From a virus, in IMG/VR virus record IMGVR_UViG_3300013936_000004: a stretch of DNA of 46,654 nt, one strand, 5' to 3'. The notes under the pieces were generated by a model, which made no database searches, had not been told where the DNA came from, and saw only the letters and a program-made list of their open reading frames with translations. Positions 43,325 through 46,654 of the stretch are shown one piece after another. The translations under genes were made by a program, and so were the position numbers. How positions within the stretch are numbered: position 1 is the stretch's first letter; the number at the start of each line of letters is the position of its first letter.

Positions 43325-43693
43325 TTATTCGTAATAATCCCATATTACTTCTTGTGGCAAATTCTCGTCGAAATCCGCGTGGATGAAAGTCTTGCCTATG
43401 CCTATCCTCGTGCAATAGTTGTCCAACAAGGCTCGTATTATCTTGAACCGATTGGCACTGCTCGTGCATTTTATATCCAATGCCGTCCCTCTCGTGTGTG
43501 CAGAGTTGCCACTCCTGCCGTGTTTCTTATCCCATTCTACACTTCTATATGCAGAGTTAATTACAAGCGGTATGCCTGCATCCTCCCTCACTCGGTCAAA
43601 GAGTGCCATTGCATCCGCGTCCATATCTTGTAGACTACACGGAGGGTCGCACCTGCGGAACTCCTTTTCACTAAAATACTTGCTCTTAATCAT
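43325..43693 (-). CDS. Endolysin, peptidase M15 (VanY / L-alanyl-D-glutamate peptidase-like, 122 aa)
   Basis: SAYRSVEWDKKHGRSGNSAHTRGTALDI ... FIHADFD gives the Zn-ligand pattern H...D...H of the M15 family. Confidence 0.8.
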   Translation of the reverse strand: MIKSKYFSEKEFRRCDPPCSLQDMDADAMALFDRVREDAGIPLVINSAYRSVEWDKKHGRSGNSAHTRGTALDIKCTSSANRFKIIRALLDNYCTRIGIGKTFIHADFDENLPQEVIWDYYE

Positions 43694-44283
43694 AGGTTTA
43701 CATTGTGATAAAAGTCTAATTTAATCTTCGCAAAAATGGTTTCGATGTTCGTCCTCATCAATCCATTCTCGTGGTCAGAATATACCTCCGTTTCTACCTG
43801 CGTGGCTAATAGCGGTATCCACTTCGGGTCAGTGTAGCAAGATAGTTTCTTCCCCCGATAGGTGAAACAATCGAGTTTGGAATTCCTATCCTCGTGGGCA
43901 TTGGTGCATAGATTTTTGATTTTTGCTTTCGTTGCATCTTGGTCTGCAATATGGTTCTCGGTCTTTACCCTTACTATCATCTTTAAGGTGTTTTCAATCC
44001 CTAAATCAAACACAAGATTGCTAATCGTCTTTATCCTCAACTGCGTTTCCACTTTCAACCCCTCTGCGATGTCGTCTAACTTCTCGTTCTGCGACTTTGT
44101 TTCAGTGACAAGACTTTCCATCGCTTTTCTCTGCGTGCTCATTGTGTCGTTTATGACCTTTATAAACCACTTAAAACACGCAACCATAAGCAACGCGGAT
44201 AGAACCAAGAAAAACCCTGCTGAAACGGCAAGCATACCGAAATCCGATATGCTATGTGCCGTATTGATTGCGTTGTCTATCAT
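43690..44283 (-). CDS. Membrane protein (197 aa from ATG at 44283)
   Basis: TM segment GMLAVSAGFFLVLSALLMVACF followed by a coiled-coil-like region. The track start at 44310 is non-ATG and overlaps the upstream gene. Confidence 0.5.
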   Translation of the reverse strand: MIDNAINTAHSISDFGMLAVSAGFFLVLSALLMVACFKWFIKVINDTMSTQRKAMESLVTETKSQNEKLDDIAEGLKVETQLRIKTISNLVFDLGIENTLKMIVRVKTENHIADQDATKAKIKNLCTNAHEDRNSKLDCFTYRGKKLSCYTDPKWIPLLATQVETEVYSDHENGLMRTNIETIFAKIKLDFYHNVNL

Positions 44284-44294
44284 TTCCGTTCCTC

Positions 44295-44963
44295 CTATGC
44301 AAGTGTCCAACCCTTTGCAGTGGCGGCGGTCTTCTGCGCTTCTGTCACCTTTGCAAGATTGGTTTCACCAAGCGTTAGTGTCTTACCCGTTACCTCTTTG
44401 AGGTGTGAAAGTATATAATCTATGCTTTCTGCATCCAAAGGACAATCCGATAGAGTGAGGTCGCAACCAATGTTATCCACTCTCATATAAGATAGTTTTG
44501 TGCAATGAGTAAAAGCATTTGCCGCACTTGTAACCGCTCCAAAGTCTACTGAACCACTTATCGGAAACTGCGTTAGTGCTGTACAACCAAAGCACAAGTT
44601 CGTTATATTGGTTACCTTTGATGCGTTCAGTGATGGTACGGATGTAAGTGCTATGCAGTTGTAAAACATATTACTCATATTCGTTACCGCTTTGGTGTCT
44701 ATGCTCTCTATGTCAATCAAGTCTTGACAATCGTAAAACATAGCCGCACAAGTCGTAAGGGATGCAAAGACAAGTTTAGGAAAATGCGTTGCCGTACTTC
44801 CTTTGAATTTCGTTCCATCGGGTAAGGTAGTCCCCGTAGGGATTGCCTTAATCCTTGTGGCATAGTTTGCCAACACCTCGTCACAAGCCACGCCCTTGCT
44901 TGTTATTGCGCTCTTGATGCTTGCTTTTGAAGTCTTTATGCTTGTTATCTGTTCTTCTACCAT
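44295..44963 (-). CDS. BspA-type leucine-rich-repeat protein (222 aa), fibre/receptor-binding candidate
   Basis: Repeats of the LRR_5 type: MFYDCQDLIDI..., MFYNCIALTSVP..., LCFGCTALTQFP..., AFTHCTKLSYM. Confidence 0.65.
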   Translation of the reverse strand: MVEEQITSIKTSKASIKSAITSKGVACDEVLANYATRIKAIPTGTTLPDGTKFKGSTATHFPKLVFASLTTCAAMFYDCQDLIDIESIDTKAVTNMSNMFYNCIALTSVPSLNASKVTNITNLCFGCTALTQFPISGSVDFGAVTSAANAFTHCTKLSYMRVDNIGCDLTLSDCPLDAESIDYILSHLKEVTGKTLTLGETNLAKVTEAQKTAATAKGWTLA

Positions 44964-44967
44964 AGCC

Positions 44968-45927
44968 CTATCCTATTATTTCATCTAACTGCTCACTTAC
45001 TGATTGTAGGCTCGTTGTGCCCTTTATCAAAGTCCCATCTGCCTGCACTTTGATGCAGATTGCATCTTCGTAGTTGTTAGTGTTCTTCACTAACTGACCA
45101 AACCACTCCGTACCAATCTTGTGCAGAGTACCTGCATAGAGGTCGTTGTAGGTGCAGTGCATCACTTGTGCAGTAGGGATTTTCGATAAGTAGACTTCGA
45201 GTTGTGCCTTATTCGACAAAGTGGTGTCAGTGAAAGGCACTGGCGTGTAAGAGTACTTGATTGCATCTAACATCTCCACAACCTCATTTGAGGTCTTTTC
45301 AAGGAAATAATTGTCTGCACTGAAAGTCACTTCTCCCGTTGAAGTGTTCACATTCATAGGATAGTGCTTGCTTTCATTTATGTCCGTCACTATACCGCTC
45401 AAAAGAGTGCCCGTACCGATATTAAGAGTGCCAAAGTATTCGGCTTCGTTGTCGGTCAAGACAATAGGGATTGAGTAGCCATTTGTGGTTTTTATCCCTG
45501 CATCTGTTAGTATCTTTACAAAGGCTGTTATTGCCGTTTTATTGGCGGCATTTTGACCCGTTGTAAGGGTTATAGGAGCAAAAGCATTGACTGCCTTTGC
45601 TTTTGTGTTCACCTCGTTGATTTTTTCATTCACATCGGTGGTCTTTGCATACCCCAAAGCCTCAACCTTTCCTTTAATCCAAGTCCATAAAGAGGAAAGT
45701 GGGCGTCTGTGATATGTAGTGGTTTCTGTTCCCCCACTTGTATATTGTGAGATGAAATAGTCGGCATCCACGGGTGCTGCTATTCCCGTACTCAACTTGT
45801 TTATAAGCCCGTTCAATCCACTTTCCGTGTTGTTTACCTTGCCCGTTATCTCCGTTTGTAGGCTCGTTGAAAGTTTCTCCTTGCTAATGCTTTTATCTAT
45901 TATCGCATCGGGATTTAATTTTGTCAT
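44968..45927 (-). CDS. Tail-fibre-like protein (319 aa)
   Basis: Thr/Asn/Gly-rich ORF lying between two other fibre-like genes. Confidence 0.55.
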   Translation of the reverse strand: MTKLNPDAIIDKSISKEKLSTSLQTEITGKVNNTESGLNGLINKLSTGIAAPVDADYFISQYTSGGTETTTYHRRPLSSLWTWIKGKVEALGYAKTTDVNEKINEVNTKAKAVNAFAPITLTTGQNAANKTAITAFVKILTDAGIKTTNGYSIPIVLTDNEAEYFGTLNIGTGTLLSGIVTDINESKHYPMNVNTSTGEVTFSADNYFLEKTSNEVVEMLDAIKYSYTPVPFTDTTLSNKAQLEVYLSKIPTAQVMHCTYNDLYAGTLHKIGTEWFGQLVKNTNNYEDAICIKVQADGTLIKGTTSLQSVSEQLDEIIG

Positions 45928-45944
45928 CTTTCAGTCCTCCTTAA

Positions 45945-46654
45945 TTAATTGATTAAATCTGCTTCGCAGTATTGTTTGATTTCTCCATTGCTGTTCTTTG
46001 CTACTATCCACTCATAGTCAGCACCAAGCGCAATACTACTACAATCTATCGTGAGTTTCTTCGAGATGTTTGTACCCTTTATACCCGACTTGATTGTTAG
46101 GTTCTGCAAAGGTGCACTCGATGATGGTTTCGTTGCTTGCTCATTAAACAAAAGTTGTACATATCGCACTCCATTGTCCACATGTATATATTGGATGTTA
46201 TCGAATTGAGCATCCACGATTGTTCCTTTTCCAAAGGAATTGAAGTTGCAGTTGTTTCCAAAGGAATTGTAGTTGCAGTCGTTTCCAAAGGAATTGAAGT
46301 TGCAGTTGTTTCCAAAGGAATTGGAGGAGCAGTAGTTTCCAAAGGAATTGGAGTCGCAGTCGTTTCCAAAGGAATTGAAGTAGAAGCCTTTTCCAAAGGA
46401 ATTGGAGTCGCAGTCGTTTCCAAAGGAATTGTTGTAGCAGTCGTTTCCAAAGGAATTGGAGTCGCAGTCGTTTCCAAAGGAATTGTAGTAGCATTTGTTT
46501 CCAAAGGAATTGTTGTAGCAGGCGTTTCCAAAGGAATTGTAGTTGCAGTTGTTTCCAAAGGAATTGTTGTAGCAGGCGTTTCCAAAGGAATTGGAGAAGC
46601 AGTAGTTTCCAAAGGAATTGGAGAAGCAGTTGTTTCCAAAGGAATTTTTGTTGC
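45945..46654 (-). CDS. 3' part of the junction-spanning fibre-like gene: NSFGNxCxx repeats plus a ~85-aa C-terminal domain (46593..46654 duplicates 1..62)
   Basis: The frame containing the 45945..46217 ORF stays open upstream through every repeat unit; I checked all 13 distinct variable 13-mers and found no stop. It is in phase with the 1..1005 ORF. The track shows only the GTG-initiated tail because this frame has no start codon within the repeats. Confidence 0.8.
   Translation of the reverse strand, partial: NKNSFGNNCFSNSFGNYCFSNSFGNACYNNSFGNNCNYNSFGNACYNNSFGNKCYYNSFGNDCDSNSFGNDCYNNSFGNDCDSNSFGKGFYFNSFGNDCDSNSFGNYCSSNSFGNNCNFNSFGNDCNYNSFGNNCNFNSFGKGTIVDAQFDNIQYIHVDNGVRYVQLLFNEQATKPSSSAPLQNLTIKSGIKGTNISKKLTIDCSSIALGADYEWIVAKNSNGEIKQYCEADLIN
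46227..46654 (-). repeat. Tandem array of 27-bp units (tttccaaaggaatt plus a 13-nt variable segment). About 16 units lie here and the array continues at 1..126, giving 18 NSFG units in the joined gene
   Basis: Units were read directly. The minus strand has no stop codon in any of its three frames. Confidence 0.9.
46593..46654. repeat. Terminal 62-nt sequence identical to 1..62
   Basis: See the feature at 1..62. Confidence 0.85.

Noticed and set aside
46200-46230. Programmed -1 frameshift (near GGAAAAG) joining the ETTASPIPL frame to the C-terminal domain
   Set aside because: The frameshift became unnecessary once the 335-codon upstream ORF (1..1005) was found in the same frame as the C-terminal domain. 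The candidate heptamer is also not a canonical X XXY YYZ site.
46198-46494. 98-aa ORF (LQFLWKR)n from the track
   Set aside because: It is the third open frame of the same 27-bp repeat, with no flanking coding sequence. It is an artefact of stop-free repeat composition.
46097-46639. 180-aa ORF (ETTASPIPL)n from the track, which initially looked like the true frame because many inter-repeat differences are synonymous in it
   Set aside because: It begins at a TTG inside the repeats and ends in a Cys/Trp/Met-rich junk tail overlapping the next ORF. The NSFG frame alone is continuous with long, plausible N- and C-terminal domains across the circular junction.
46227-46654. Diversity-generating retroelement variable region, suggested because the variable codons are all NNC as if derived from AAC
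   Set aside because: No reverse transcriptase, template repeat or accessory gene is present in the genome. Adenines in the constant AAT/AAC/GGA codons are unchanged, which contradicts adenine-specific mutagenesis.

Overview
The window looks like a complete, circularly permuted genome of a tailed dsDNA phage, about 46.6 kb. The first 62 nt (1-62) are identical to the last 62 nt (46593-46654), and one gene reads across that junction. Repeated promoters fit the Bacteroidetes -33 TTTG / -7 TAnnTTTG pattern, so the host is probably in the Bacteroidales; this is inferred, not searched.

Most genes are on the minus strand and tightly packed, often with ATGA or TAATG stop/start overlaps.
- Packaging: terS-terL at 20944->18888.
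- Late operon: starts at a promoter near 16.65 kb and runs through portal, scaffold, major capsid, head-tail genes, a 986-aa tape measure and tail genes. It then crosses the junction into three fibre or receptor-binding candidates and a lysis cassette ending at 42551. No tail sheath is seen, so the phage is siphovirus-like.
- Early/middle operon: 42166->25175. It carries a PD-(D/E)XK nuclease, an initiator-like protein, DnaB helicase, a RuvC-like resolvase, an HNH nuclease, many small ORFs, a tRNA-like element and a nucleotide/DNA-modification-like cluster. That cluster has a ThyX-like protein, a PAPS-reductase-like PP-loop protein, a DNA methyltransferase-like protein and a short protein with an SSB-type tail.
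- Two plus-strand islands interrupt this layout: RNase H plus dUTPase (17.2-18.9 kb), and an accessory cassette (21.8-24.9 kb) encoding a MoxR/CobS-like AAA+ ATPase with a 260-aa partner.

The most notable observations:
1. The junction-spanning fibre-like gene has 18 tandem 27-bp repeats that are open in all three frames. This produces two artefactual ORFs in the supplied track.
2. A ten-copy iteron array with an AT-rich tract lies next to terS.
3. The AAA+ cassette has a duplicated promoter and is surrounded by 11 same-orientation GTGRATTT motifs.
4. A 118-nt tRNA-like element has a canonical T-arm and acceptor stem but an aberrant core.

No integrase, repressor, DNA polymerase, reverse transcriptase or CRISPR array was recognised. 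All functional calls come from motifs read by eye and from gene order. No database search was run.
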